Shown here: one piece after another, positions 1-9,073 of the stretch
Position numbering within the stretch: the first letter of the stretch is position 1
Layout of the letters: each line of letters starts with the position of its first letter
Assembly (NCBI GenBank): GCA_003194425.1
Contig: PQXB01000001.1
Coordinates: 460,444-492,443, forward strand
DNA from: Candidatus Methanophagaceae archaeon
GTDB lineage: Archaea > Halobacteriota > Syntropharchaeia > Alkanophagales > Methanospirareceae
DNA: 32,000 nucleotides
Reading direction: 5' to 3'
Program-made: the position numbers and the translations under genes
Notes under the pieces: model-generated
What the model saw: only the letters and a program-made list of their open reading frames with translations
What the model was told of the DNA's origin: nothing
The model's database searches: none

Positions 1-1
1 T

Positions 2-1516
2 ACGACAGAAATGAGCCGAGTGGCAAAGGTCGCAGGCACAGAGGGAAAACTGACCGAGCGGGCGTTAGTTCCCGGTGTCGCAGGCAGCTGGAAAGAGATT
101 GTCGAGTCCTTAAACGGCTTAATTTACACCGTCGCAGAATTCACGCTCGAGATGAGGAGAATCCTCGACAACATCTCCAAGGGCAACTTGACCGAGAAAT
201 TTGCAATGCCCGTAGCAGGCGACTTCAGAATAATGTCTGACACTGTCAATAAAACAGTCGACAGCTTCAATCTAATCGGCAGCGAAGTGTCACGGGTGAC
301 GAGGGAAGTAGGAGTAGAAGGGAAGCTCGGTGCAAAAGGGGAAGTTCCGGGTGTCGCGGGTGCCTGGAAGGAGCTGACAAATAATGTGAACACTCTCTCT
401 GCAAACCTAAAGATTCAGGTTGGAGACATTGCAAAGGTAGCCACCGCGTTAGCCAACGGCGACCTTACACAGAAAATCACTGCAGAAGCAAAAGGCGAGA
501 TCCTGCAGCTCAAGGAGACGATCAACAGTATGGTCGACAGCCTCAACGTCCTCGTTGCTCGGGTTCGGGATTCCGCTACTACTGTCGCCTCCTCAGCTCA
601 GGGCATTGCAGCCTCGGGCACCGAAATGAGCACCTCCACGATGCAGGTAGCAGCCTCAGTGCAGCAAATCGCAAAGGGCGCGCAGGATCAGGCAGAGAAG
701 ACAGACGCGGTCTCCAAGTCCGCAGAGCAGATTTCAAAGGCTGCTACCGAGGTCGCCGAGCGGGCAGACGAAGTGAACAAGGCGGCATTTGCTGCTGATA
801 AAAGTGCCCAGGCAGGTCTTAAAACCGTGGACGAGGTCGTTAAAAGTATGCAGGGAATTTCAGAGGTGGCAGAGGCGACCTCGACAACAGTCGAGACGAT
901 GACGCAGCGTGGGGAGGAGATCGCAAAAATACTGGATGTTATCACAGACATCGCGTCGCAGACGAACCTGCTTGCACTGAACGCCGCGATTGAGGCTGCG
1001 AGGGCTGGCGAGGCTGGCAGGGGCTTCGCAGTAGTCGCAGAAGAAATCCGCAAACTCGCCGAGAACAGCAGAATCTCTGCAGGCGAGATCGCGGAACTTG
1101 TGAAGTCAATCCAGAAGGAGACCGTCTCTGCTTCAAAGGCTGCGAAGACAATGACAGAGAGCGTGACCGCGGGCAGGGAAGCGACGAACAAGTCCTCTGC
1201 GGCTCTCGATAACATCTTGTTTACAATGAAGCAGACCGCAAAGACAGCGAAAGCGATTTCAGAAGCAGCAGCACAACAGAGAACGAGCATTGAGTCGGTC
1301 GTGAAGCGAGTGGAAGAGGTCTCAACGATTGCAGAGGAGACGGCGGCGGGTTCTGAAGAATCTTCTGCCTCTGCACACGAACTGACCTCTGCGATGGGGG
1401 AGCTCACCGCCTCGGGTCAGGAGCTGGTAAAAATCGCCGCAGAACTCCTCGACGCCGTGGCAATCTTCAAACTCGCCGGTAAAACTGTGTGTAGAAGAGA
1501 GGGTAGAGAGGGGTAG
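2..1516 (+). CDS. methyl-accepting chemotaxis protein, 5'-truncated by the window edge (poly-HAMP plus MCP signalling domain)
   Basis: The frame is open from nt 2, with no stop before the ATG at 11. Repeated HAMP-like units are present ([10 protein letters not shown].., [18 protein letters not shown]). The MCP hairpin core is [45 protein letters not shown]. Confidence 0.9.
   Translation, partial: TTEMSRVAKVAGTEGKLTERALVPGVAGSWKEIVESLNGLIYTVAEFTLEMRRILDNISKGNLTEKFAMPVAGDFRIMSDTVNKTVDSFNLIGSEVSRVTREVGVEGKLGAKGEVPGVAGAWKELTNNVNTLSANLKIQVGDIAKVATALANGDLTQKITAEAKGEILQLKETINSMVDSLNVLVARVRDSATTVASSAQGIAASGTEMSTSTMQVAASVQQIAKGAQDQAEKTDAVSKSAEQISKAATEVAERADEVNKAAFAADKSAQAGLKTVDEVVKSMQGISEVAEATSTTVETMTQRGEEIAKILDVITDIASQTNLLALNAAIEAARAGEAGRGFAVVAEEIRKLAENSRISAGEIAELVKSIQKETVSASKAAKTMTESVTAGREATNKSSAALDNILFTMKQTAKTAKAISEAAAQQRTSIESVVKRVEEVSTIAEETAAGSEESSASAHELTSAMGELTASGQELVKIAAELLDAVAIFKLAGKTVCRREGREG
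425..1480 (+). repeat. copy 1 of a ~1.06-kb near-identical segment shared by the two tandem MCP genes
   Basis: It aligns to 2054..3109 at a constant offset of 1629 nt, which keeps the frame. Long identical blocks alternate with diverged blocks at about 830-905 and 1125-1260. Confidence 0.9.
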
Positions 1517-1534
1517 AGAGGAGTAGAGAGAAAG

Positions 1535-3130
1535 ATGGGGAGGAGAGTAAGAAAAGGAGAACAGAAAGAGAAATACAAAATCGTACTAATCGCAGCCCTT
1601 TTAGGCGTTTGCTGCTTTCTTACTTATTATTTTTATGTGGTTCTCTCAACAGGCGTTGTCTTTACCCACTTCTTTTACATTCCAATCATTTTAGCAGCGC
1701 TGTGGTGGGGAAGAAAAGGAACAGTTGTAGCGATTTTTTTAGCCTTCTTGATAATTTTCAGTCACTTTTACTGCCACTTCTTTCTCAAAACAGGCGTGGA
1801 GACAATTTATGATTTGATTCGTGCTCCGATGTTTGTAATTATTTCTTTTATATTGGGTGTTTTAAGTGAGCGGATTGCGAAGATGGTTGAAAGCCTCAAC
1901 GCAATTGGCAGCGAAGTAGCAAGGGTAGCAAGAGAAGTAGGAGAAGAAGGAAATCTTGGCGTGCAGGGAGAGGTGCCGGGTGTCGAGGGAATTTGGAAGG
2001 AGCTGACAGACAATGTGAACACGCTGGTTGCAAATGTGACGAATCAGCTTCGCGACATTGCAAAGGTAGCCACCGCGTTAGCCAACGGCGACCTTACACA
2101 GAAAATCACAGTGGATGCGAAAGGCGAGATCCTGCAGCTCAAGGAGACGATTAACAATATGGTCGACAGCCTCAACGTCCTCGTTGCTCGGGTTCGGGAT
2201 TCCGCTACTACTGTCGCCTACTCAGCTCAGGGCATTGCAGCCTCGGGCACCGAAATGAGCACCTCCACGATGCAGGTAGCAGCCTCAGTGCAGCAAATCG
2301 CAAGGGGAGCGCAGGATCAGGCAGAGAAGACAGACGCGGTCTCCAAGTCCGCAGAGCAGATTTCAAAGGCTGCTACCGAGGTCGCCGAGCGGGCAGATGA
2401 AGTGAACAAGGCGGCATCTGCTGCGAATAAGAGTGCCCAGGCAAGTCTTAAAACCGTTGAAATGACTGTAAAAGCCTGTCAGAGTGTATCAGAAGCAGCA
2501 GAGAAAACATTTGCAACTGTTGAGAGAATGATGCAGCGTGGCGAGGAGATCGCAAAAATACTGGATGTTATCACAGACATCGCGTCGCAGACGAACCTGC
2601 TTGCACTGAACGCCGCGATTGAGGCTGCGAGGGCTGGCGAGGCTGGCAGGGGCTTCGCAGTAGTCGCAGAAGAAATCCGCAAACTCGCCGAGAAGAGCAG
2701 AAAATCCGCAGGCGAGATCGCGGAACTTGTGAAGTCAATCCAGAATGAGACTGTCTCTGCTTCAGAAATGACGAAAAGAATGACTGAAACAGTGACAGCA
2801 AGCAGGGCAGCAAGGGCTAAATCTTCAGCCGCTCTCGATGACATCTTGTTTACAATGAAGCAGACATCAAAGGCAGCCCAGGCGATTTCAGAAGCAGCAG
2901 CACAGCAGAGAAGAAGCATTAAGTCGGTCGTGAAGCGAGTGGAAGAGGTCTCAACGATTGCAGAGGAGACGGCGGTGGGTTCTGAAGAGTCTTCTGCCTC
3001 TGCACACGAACTGACCTCTGCGATGGGGGAGCTCACCGCCTCGGGTCAGGAGCTGGTAAAAATCGCCGCAGAACTCCTCGACGCCGTGGCAATCTTCAAA
3101 CTCGCCGGTGAAGTAGGGAGAGAGGGGTAA
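1535..3130 (+). CDS. methyl-accepting chemotaxis protein with a membrane-embedded N-terminal module of about 4 TM helices and no obvious extracellular domain
   Basis: 531-aa ORF. The hydrophobic N-terminus spans aa 15-115, followed by a HAMP unit ([18 protein letters not shown]) and the same MCP signalling core as the upstream paralog. It starts 18 nt after the upstream stop. Confidence 0.9.
   Translation: MGRRVRKGEQKEKYKIVLIAALLGVCCFLTYYFYVVLSTGVVFTHFFYIPIILAALWWGRKGTVVAIFLAFLIIFSHFYCHFFLKTGVETIYDLIRAPMFVIISFILGVLSERIAKMVESLNAIGSEVARVAREVGEEGNLGVQGEVPGVEGIWKELTDNVNTLVANVTNQLRDIAKVATALANGDLTQKITVDAKGEILQLKETINNMVDSLNVLVARVRDSATTVAYSAQGIAASGTEMSTSTMQVAASVQQIARGAQDQAEKTDAVSKSAEQISKAATEVAERADEVNKAASAANKSAQASLKTVEMTVKACQSVSEAAEKTFATVERMMQRGEEIAKILDVITDIASQTNLLALNAAIEAARAGEAGRGFAVVAEEIRKLAEKSRKSAGEIAELVKSIQNETVSASEMTKRMTETVTASRAARAKSSAALDDILFTMKQTSKAAQAISEAAAQQRRSIKSVVKRVEEVSTIAEETAVGSEESSASAHELTSAMGELTASGQELVKIAAELLDAVAIFKLAGEVGREG
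2054..3109 (+). repeat. copy 2 of the MCP paralog repeat
   Basis: See copy 1. The terminal ~190 nt are nearly identical up to ...atcttcaaactcgccggt. Confidence 0.9.
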
Positions 3131-3159
3131 TTGTTTAGGAAATTGTTTAGGAGTAGGAA

Positions 3160-3657
3160 ATGCCAAAAGAGACGAAAACATTTGTAATCTTCAGACTCGG
3201 AGAAGAGGAGTTCGGCGTGGAGGTAAAGAATATAAAGGAGATTACAAAGATGACAACAATCACAAGAGTTCCTCGCGCTCCTGATTTTATTGAGGGCGTG
3301 ATAAATCTCAGAGGCAGCCTCGCAACTGTCGTAAACCTCAGGAAACGGTTTAGGTTTGGTTTTGAGCCACGGGGGGAGACCGAGAGAGAGACCGAGACAG
3401 AAGCGGATTCGCGGATAATTATTGCAGAGTTAGAGGGCAAGCCTGTCGGGATGCTTGTTGACGCGGCAACCGAGGTGCTGCGGATTCCTGTCTCTGAGAT
3501 TGAGGCGACGCCCGAGATGGTCACGACAGAGGTTTCTAAAAAGTATTTGAAGGGCGTGGGCAAGGTTGAGAACCGCCTCATCGTCTTACTTGACTTGGAG
3601 CGGGTGTTGGGAAAGACAGATGAGGAGGAGAAGAAGAAGAAAAAGGGAAACGAATAA
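3160..3657 (+). CDS. cheW: chemotaxis coupling protein CheW
   Basis: FVIFRLGEEEFGVEVKNIKEI...RVPRAPDFIEGVINLRGSLATVVNLRKRF is a typical CheW fold signature. The gene sits in the che cluster. Confidence 0.9.
   Translation: MPKETKTFVIFRLGEEEFGVEVKNIKEITKMTTITRVPRAPDFIEGVINLRGSLATVVNLRKRFRFGFEPRGETERETETEADSRIIIAELEGKPVGMLVDAATEVLRIPVSEIEATPEMVTTEVSKKYLKGVGKVENRLIVLLDLERVLGKTDEEEKKKKKGNE
3376..3399 (+). repeat. 2 x 12 bp in-frame tandem repeat (gagaccgagaga, ETER) inside cheW
   Basis: Read directly: gagaccgagaga gagaccgagaca. Confidence 0.9.
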
Positions 3658-3660
3658 AAA

Positions 3661-4041
3661 ATGGGTGAAAAGAAGGTGCGGGTGTTGTTGGTGGACGATT
3701 CCACCTACATACGAACAGTGCTTGGCAGCATAATCGAGGAGGCGGGTTTTGAAGTAACGGGCGAGGCTGCGGACGGGGAAGAGGCGATTCAGAAATATAA
3801 GGAGCTCAAGCCAGACTTGGTCTTGATGGATGTCATAATGGAGCCGATGAACGGGGTGGAGGCGACGAAGGCGATACTTGACAACGACCCTGCAGCGAGG
3901 ATATTAATGGTGACGGTCTTGGAGGACAAGGAGATTGTTATGGATTTGATTAAGAAGGGGGCGAAGGGGTGCATCACTAAACCGTTCTCGAAGGAAGAGA
4001 TTGCGGAGAAAGTAAATGAAATTATGGGGAATAAGGGGTAG
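3661..4041 (+). CDS. cheY: CheY-like response regulator (receiver domain only)
   Basis: 126 aa. It has VLLVDDS, a phospho-acceptor context (LVLMDVIMEPMNG) and a conserved K (ITKPF). The gene starts 3 nt after the cheW stop. Confidence 0.85.
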   Translation: MGEKKVRVLLVDDSTYIRTVLGSIIEEAGFEVTGEAADGEEAIQKYKELKPDLVLMDVIMEPMNGVEATKAILDNDPAARILMVTVLEDKEIVMDLIKKGAKGCITKPFSKEEIAEKVNEIMGNKG

Positions 4042-4065
4042 AATAAATAAAAGGGGGAATAAGAG

Positions 4066-4626
4066 ATGGAGAATGGATTTGAGAAGGAGATGCTGGAGCA
4101 GATATTGAGGGCTACCTCTTTGAAGTCATTGATTTATTTGGAGGTCTTTATCGGCAGGGTGGTCAAACTTGAATCGTTGTCCATCCACTGGACATCAGAG
4201 CAATTGGGGCGAGAGACAGAAAAAGATTCTCTTATTTCCCAGATAGAGTTAAGAGAAGGCGAAAATCTGGTAGGAAGCATTCATCTTGTCTTCCCGCGTG
4301 AAATGGCGTTTCAAGTTGCGAAGGAGATGTATGAGGATTTGATTCCCGAGATTTCTGAAAGGCATGTTTTGGATATGCTCGAGGAGATGACAAATATTAT
4401 CTCCGCTCCTCTAACCGAGGCGATCACTTTCTGCCACCACACAACAGTCCTTCCTTCGGTTGCTCGTGTAATGAGTCCGGAGGAGTTCAAATCTTCGCCT
4501 GTAGATGGGGGTTTGGTCTTGGAAGTAAAGATGGACGGGGAAATGAGGGGGGGTATTTTCTTTGTGATGGAGAAAGGGACGGTAAAGAAGATAAGGAGAA
4601 TGCTGAAAATGAAGGCGCGGGGGTGA
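4066..4626 (+). CDS. CheC/CheX-family-like protein (putative CheY-P phosphatase)
   Basis: A single D-x3-E-x2-N motif (LDMLEEMTNIISAP) is followed by a Pro about 20 residues later. The gene lies between cheY and cheB. The rest of the sequence is not recognisable. Confidence 0.5.
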   Translation: MENGFEKEMLEQILRATSLKSLIYLEVFIGRVVKLESLSIHWTSEQLGRETEKDSLISQIELREGENLVGSIHLVFPREMAFQVAKEMYEDLIPEISERHVLDMLEEMTNIISAPLTEAITFCHHTTVLPSVARVMSPEEFKSSPVDGGLVLEVKMDGEMRGGIFFVMEKGTVKKIRRMLKMKARG

Positions 4627-4678
4627 GAGAAGAGAAGAAATCCTAATCCTGCATCTTGAATCCAAGAGCAAACGCAAA

Positions 4679-5707
4679 ATGATAAACGTGCTGGTAGTGG
4701 ACGACTCGTCGCTGATGAGGCGGCTGGTCTCGGAAATGCTGGATTCGGCACCAGACATACGAGTAGTAGGGACCGCCAGAGACGGGCGGGAGGCAGTAAA
4801 AAAGACAGAGAAGCTCAGACCTGATGTCGTAACGATGGATGTTGAGATGCCAAAAATGGACGGTCTAACCGCTCTGTGCTGCATAATGGCGAGAACGCCT
4901 GTGCCTGTCGTGATGCTCACTGCGATGGGTAAAGTAGAAGCAGACCTCGCCGTGAAGTCCTTTGAGTACGGTGCAGTGGAGTTCGTATCAAAACCCAGCA
5001 AAACCATCTCTTTGGACATAGAGGAGGTGAAAAATGAATTAGTGAGCAAGGTCAGGGCAGCCGCGACCGTGAATGTGAAAAAAATGAATTTTCGGGTTGA
5101 GGAGGTGGGGTTGGTAGAAAAACTGTTAACTCCGCCGAAGACCGACAAAAAAGTCCTGATTATTGGTGCCTCCACTGGAGGTCCTCAGGCACTCTCCGAA
5201 ATCGTTCCGAAACTTCATAGAACCTTCCCCTTAGCAGTCCTGATCGTTCAGCACCTGCCTCTTGGCTTCACGAAAAGCTTTTCAGAACGACTGAGCTGGC
5301 AGACCTCAATCGCATTGAAAGAGGCGGAAGAGGGGGATGTTTTAAAGCCAGGTCAGGCGTTCGTCGCACCAGCGGGCTACTACACACTTGTAAAAATCGG
5401 TAGGTTAAAATTGAAGAAATTGAAGAAGCGACCAAAAGGGAACAGCGCGCGACCAAGCATAGATGTAGCAATGAAATCGGCAGCAGAAGCCTACGGGGGT
5501 AGGGTGATTGGCGTCCTGCTCAGCGGTATGGGAAAGGACGGTGCAGAAGGGATGAAAGCAATAAAAGAACGCGGAGGAAAGACGATTGTGCAGGACGAGC
5601 TCACGAGTGTTATTTTTGGTATGCCGAGGGCGGCAATAGAGTTGGGTGCTGTGGACACGGTTGCACGACTGTCTGATATTGTTGAGGAGATTATAAGGGT
5701 GCTGTGA
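4679..5707 (+). CDS. cheB: chemotaxis methylesterase/glutaminase CheB (receiver plus esterase)
   Basis: The N-terminal receiver has VLVVDDS and VTMDVEMPKMDG. The esterase triad contexts are GASTGGPQAL, VQHLP and GMGKDGAEG. Confidence 0.9.
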   Translation: MINVLVVDDSSLMRRLVSEMLDSAPDIRVVGTARDGREAVKKTEKLRPDVVTMDVEMPKMDGLTALCCIMARTPVPVVMLTAMGKVEADLAVKSFEYGAVEFVSKPSKTISLDIEEVKNELVSKVRAAATVNVKKMNFRVEEVGLVEKLLTPPKTDKKVLIIGASTGGPQALSEIVPKLHRTFPLAVLIVQHLPLGFTKSFSERLSWQTSIALKEAEEGDVLKPGQAFVAPAGYYTLVKIGRLKLKKLKKRPKGNSARPSIDVAMKSAAEAYGGRVIGVLLSGMGKDGAEGMKAIKERGGKTIVQDELTSVIFGMPRAAIELGAVDTVARLSDIVEEIIRVL

Positions 5708-5741
5708 CTTTTTTAGAAAACAATTTCTTTCTACAAGAAAG

Positions 5742-7538
5742 ATGGTTGATCTCTCAAAATATAAAGAACTGTTTGTAGACGAGTCGAGGGAGCATCTCCA
5801 ATGTATAAGCCGAAATCTGCTGGCTTTGGAGAAAGAACCAAAGAGCGAGAGCAAGAGCACAGACGCGTTAAATGAAATATTTCGGGAAGTGCACACGCTG
5901 AAAAGTATGGCTGCTACGATGGGTTGCGGGGAGATGGAAAAATTAGCACACGAGATGGAGAACGTGCTTGACGGGCTGAGGAGAAGGGGCGGGCTTGAGA
6001 AAGGGGAAGGGACAGTTGATGTTCTGTTAGAATGCCTTGACGGGCTTGAGACGCTTGTCGAAGGGGTCGCGACCGGGAAGACGGTTAGCCGAGATTTGAC
6101 GAGTCTGTATAAAAAACTGGAAAATGTAGCAGTGTCAACCGCTACAGCAGCGGAGGAAAAGGAGGGAGAGAAAGTAGAGGAAGGGAAGGAGGAAGGAAGG
6201 AAGGTAGAAGCTGAGAGGGAGGGAGAGGGAAAGGAGGAAGAGAAGGAGGAGGAAGAGAAGGAGGAGGAAAAGGAGGAAGGAAGGAAGGTAGAAGCTGAGA
6301 GGGAGGGAGAGGGAAAAGAGGAAGAGAAGGCAGCAGGAAGGGTTGGTCCTGCAATACGGTTGGGGGTAGAAAAGATACAGGCATTGCAGAACCTTGCGGA
6401 GGAATTGGCGATAGCAAAGATGAGGCTTCTCCAGATTGCGTCAGCCTCAAAACACGCCAGCCCTGTCCCTGAACTCAACGAGATAACCGCCACAATCGAC
6501 CGGCTCACATCAGAACTGCAGGACAAAGTAATGCGAATGCGGTTGTTCCCGGTTGGATTCCTATTTGACAGGTTTCCACGAGCCGTCAGGGATTTAAGCA
6601 GCAAAACAGGGAAAAAAGTAGCGTTCATTGTAACCGGTGTGGAGATAGAACTTGACCGTCTTGTGCTTGACGAGATAAACGACGCTGTAATGCATCTGCT
6701 TCGTAACGCGGTGGATCACGGAATAGAGAAACCAGAGGAGAGGAAAAAGGTTGGGAAGAAGGAGGAGGGGAAGGTAGTGTTGAGTGCGCGGAGAGAGGGT
6801 AACTCTGTTCTCGTGTCAGTCGAGGACGACGGTAGAGGAATGAACGTAGAACGACTTAAAAAGGTAGCGGTTGAACGAGAAATCATAACAAGCGAGGAGG
6901 CGTCAAGGATGAAGGAGGAGGAGGTTTATGAACTTCTTGGTGCGCCAGCGGCAGGACTGAGTACGGCGAAAAAAATCACGGATGTTTCAGGCAGGGGTGT
7001 GGGTTTTGATGTGGTGAAATCGAAAGTTAGATCGCTGGGTGGAAGCGTCAAAATATCGTCAGAAAAAGGAGGGGGGACAAAAGTTGAATTGCGTCTGCCT
7101 TTGACTACAGCGATTATTCGTTCTCTGCTCGTTGGCGCTGGAGAGGAGAAATACGCTATTCCGTTGGATTCGGTAAGGGAAATAGTGGCGGTTGGAGAGG
7201 TTGAAGGAAAAGAGAATTTTAGATATCGGGGGCGGGTTCTGCCACTGCTGAGGCTGAAAAAGATTTTGGACATTCCTGGTTCTGGAGACGACGAGAACGA
7301 GAAAGACGAGAAAGATGAGAAAGACGAAAAAGAAAAGGGTAGGTTGGGATCCGTTGTCGTGGTGGAAAGAGACGACAAATTGTTTGGGATTCTGGTGGAG
7401 AGACTTGTTGGTCTGCAGGAGACGGTAGTAAAGCCGTTGGAAGGGCTGCTCAAGGACAGGCAGGGGTTTGCAGGCGCGACAATTCTCGCCGACGGCTCGG
7501 TTGCACTCATTTTGGATGTAGGCGAGTTGGTGCAGTAG
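5742..7538 (+). CDS. cheA: chemotaxis histidine kinase CheA
   Basis: HPt His box (EVHTLKSMAATMG), N box (HLLRNAVDHGIE), G1 (VEDDGRGM), G2 (GRGVGFDVV) and a C-terminal CheW-like P5 domain. E/K-rich low-complexity linkers are present. Confidence 0.92.
   Translation: MVDLSKYKELFVDESREHLQCISRNLLALEKEPKSESKSTDALNEIFREVHTLKSMAATMGCGEMEKLAHEMENVLDGLRRRGGLEKGEGTVDVLLECLDGLETLVEGVATGKTVSRDLTSLYKKLENVAVSTATAAEEKEGEKVEEGKEEGRKVEAEREGEGKEEEKEEEEKEEEKEEGRKVEAEREGEGKEEEKAAGRVGPAIRLGVEKIQALQNLAEELAIAKMRLLQIASASKHASPVPELNEITATIDRLTSELQDKVMRMRLFPVGFLFDRFPRAVRDLSSKTGKKVAFIVTGVEIELDRLVLDEINDAVMHLLRNAVDHGIEKPEERKKVGKKEEGKVVLSARREGNSVLVSVEDDGRGMNVERLKKVAVEREIITSEEASRMKEEEVYELLGAPAAGLSTAKKITDVSGRGVGFDVVKSKVRSLGGSVKISSEKGGGTKVELRLPLTTAIIRSLLVGAGEEKYAIPLDSVREIVAVGEVEGKENFRYRGRVLPLLRLKKILDIPGSGDDENEKDEKDEKDEKEKGRLGSVVVVERDDKLFGILVERLVGLQETVVKPLEGLLKDRQGFAGATILADGSVALILDVGELVQ
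6187..6331 (+). repeat. 84-bp period in-frame tandem duplication in the CheA P1-P3 linker
   Basis: aggaggaaggaaggaaggtagaagctgagagggagggagagggaaa occurs at both 6187 and 6271. Confidence 0.85.
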
Positions 7539-7603
7539 TTGGTGCAGTAAAAGGAGGCTTCCGCTCCTTAATAGAGACTTAATAGAGAGACAGCTAGAAG
7601 AAA

Positions 7604-9073
7604 ATGAGGGTGTGGCTAAAGAACGGCACGGTTTACGACCCTGCGAACGGGATAAACGGCGAGCGGTTGGACATTTTCGTTGCCGACGGGAAAATCGTGG
7701 AGGAGCCAAGAGAAAAAGAAAAGACGAGAATAATCGACGCAGCTGGCAAGGCGGTACTGCCAGGCGGAATTGACCCACACAGCCACGTGGCGACTTACGG
7801 GCTGAACTTGGCGAGGTTCTTGTTCGGGTTTCCGACGGTGAGCGAGGTGGGCGGTGCTTACGCTAAAATGGGCTACACGCACGTGAACGAGCCGTTAATG
7901 ACTTTGAACACCGCGAACTACGTGCACCACGAACTCAGCTGCATTCCAATTTTGGACACTTCCGCGTTCCTCGTTCTAAACCTGCTCGAGATTGAGAAGG
8001 AAATTCGAGAGGGCGAGAAGGAGGCGGTTGAGAACGCGGTTCTTTTTCTCCTAAACCTCACGAAAGCGGTCGGCGTTAAGATTTACGACACGAGGGTGAA
8101 GTACGCGAAGAAAGGCTTCTTTTACAGGGGAGTGAGCAGGGCGAAGTGTCTAAATTTTTTTCGCGGGGCGGTGCCGAGGGTGCAGTTGAGGACGACTCCG
8201 GAGTTGCTGGACGAGGACACGGAGGTCTTGAGCGGCTTCTGCCTGACTAACCTCGCGGCAGGCGTTGACAGCGAAGAGAGGTGGGAGGCGGCGAAAGAAG
8301 TGCTGAAGAAAGGCGGGTCTGCCGACCTCGGCGTGAAGAAAGGCGTTTCCGCCGACTCTGTCGAGAAATTCGTTAGCGTGGACGTTGGGTTAGAGCAGCC
8401 GTTGGTGTTTTCGAAGCCGAGCGAGAGCGGGAAAGTGGAAGCGGGGTCGCTGAGGTTCGCACTCGAGGCTTTGGAGTTCTTGAGGTCAGGTTCGGGTTCG
8501 GGCTGCTGCGTCTCGTTCTCAACCGACAGCCCCTTCGGACTCCCTTTTTGGTCTTACCCCAAAATATTCGCAAGCCTGCTGAACCGCGAGAACGGGTGTT
8601 CGCTCTACGAACTCGCAGAACTCACGAGAACGAACCCTGCGAGGCAGCTCGGCTTGCTACAGCAGAACAACGGCAAAGGCAACGGCAAAGGCAACGGCAA
8701 AGGCAACGGCAAAGGCAACGGCAAAGGCAACGGCAAGGGACACCTGGGCGTTGGTGCGGACGCGGACATTGCAGTCTACGACCTCGACGAAAAAACAGGG
8801 AGAGCAGAGTTAGAGAGGCGGCTGGGCTGTTGCGAGTGGCTCTTGAAATCTGGCGAGGTTGTAGTCCGTGCAGGCAGGCTGTGTAAAAGTGCGGGCAGTG
8901 CAAAGAAGAGGTCTTTTTTTTTCGTGCCGAAGACTAAGGCGAGAGAGACCGAGAGAGAGACCGAGAGAGAGTCAGAGAAAGAGACCGAGACGGTGCGGAG
9001 AATCTGCAACCGACGGTCGTTCCGAGCAGAGCACCTCAAGGTCTTCACTGCACAGGCACATTTTGCGAAGTAG
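7604..9073 (+). CDS. amidohydrolase resembling formylmethanofuran dehydrogenase subunit A (FwdA/FmdA-like), not next to other fwd genes
   Basis: The N-terminus is LKNGTVYDPANGINGERLDIFVADGKIVE...LPGGIDPHSHV (HxH metal motif). The C-terminal part has HLGVGADADIAVYD. This pattern is remembered from FwdA proteins and has not been search-verified. Confidence 0.65.
   Translation: MRVWLKNGTVYDPANGINGERLDIFVADGKIVEEPREKEKTRIIDAAGKAVLPGGIDPHSHVATYGLNLARFLFGFPTVSEVGGAYAKMGYTHVNEPLMTLNTANYVHHELSCIPILDTSAFLVLNLLEIEKEIREGEKEAVENAVLFLLNLTKAVGVKIYDTRVKYAKKGFFYRGVSRAKCLNFFRGAVPRVQLRTTPELLDEDTEVLSGFCLTNLAAGVDSEERWEAAKEVLKKGGSADLGVKKGVSADSVEKFVSVDVGLEQPLVFSKPSESGKVEAGSLRFALEALEFLRSGSGSGCCVSFSTDSPFGLPFWSYPKIFASLLNRENGCSLYELAELTRTNPARQLGLLQQNNGKGNGKGNGKGNGKGNGKGNGKGHLGVGADADIAVYDLDEKTGRAELERRLGCCEWLLKSGEVVVRAGRLCKSAGSAKKRSFFFVPKTKARETERETERESEKETETVRRICNRRSFRAEHLKVFTAQAHFAK
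8669..8740 (+). repeat. 6 x 12 bp in-frame repeat (aacggcaaaggc, NGKG) in the FwdA-like gene
   Basis: Five perfect units plus one variant unit (aacggcaaggga). Confidence 0.95.
8945..8992 (+). repeat. 4 x 12 bp in-frame repeat (gagaccgagaga family) in the FwdA-like gene
   Basis: gagaccgagaga x2, then gagtcagagaaa and gagaccgagacg. Confidence 0.9.

Noticed and set aside
5405-6628. 407-aa minus-strand ORF, rich in S/F/P, opposite cheA.
   Set aside because: It is antisense to a well-supported cheA and made of low-complexity sequence from the complement of the GA-rich repeats. The same reasoning applies to the antisense ORFs at 688-1407, 2479-3036, 3147-3704, 4411-5175, 6926-7778, 10867-11667, 12617-13252, 12753-13187, 24138-25151, 25675-26328 and 28941-29429.
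7551-7569. Hairpin aaggag-gcttccg-ctcctt just after the cheA stop, considered as a terminator.
   Set aside because: It has a 6-bp stem and no following oligo-T tract, and archaeal termination does not require hairpins. The evidence is too weak to call.
8548-8903. ORFs encoding (QR)n and (CRCL)n across the NGKG repeat.
   Set aside because: These are alternative-frame and antisense readings of the 12-bp repeat inside the FwdA-like gene, with no independent support.
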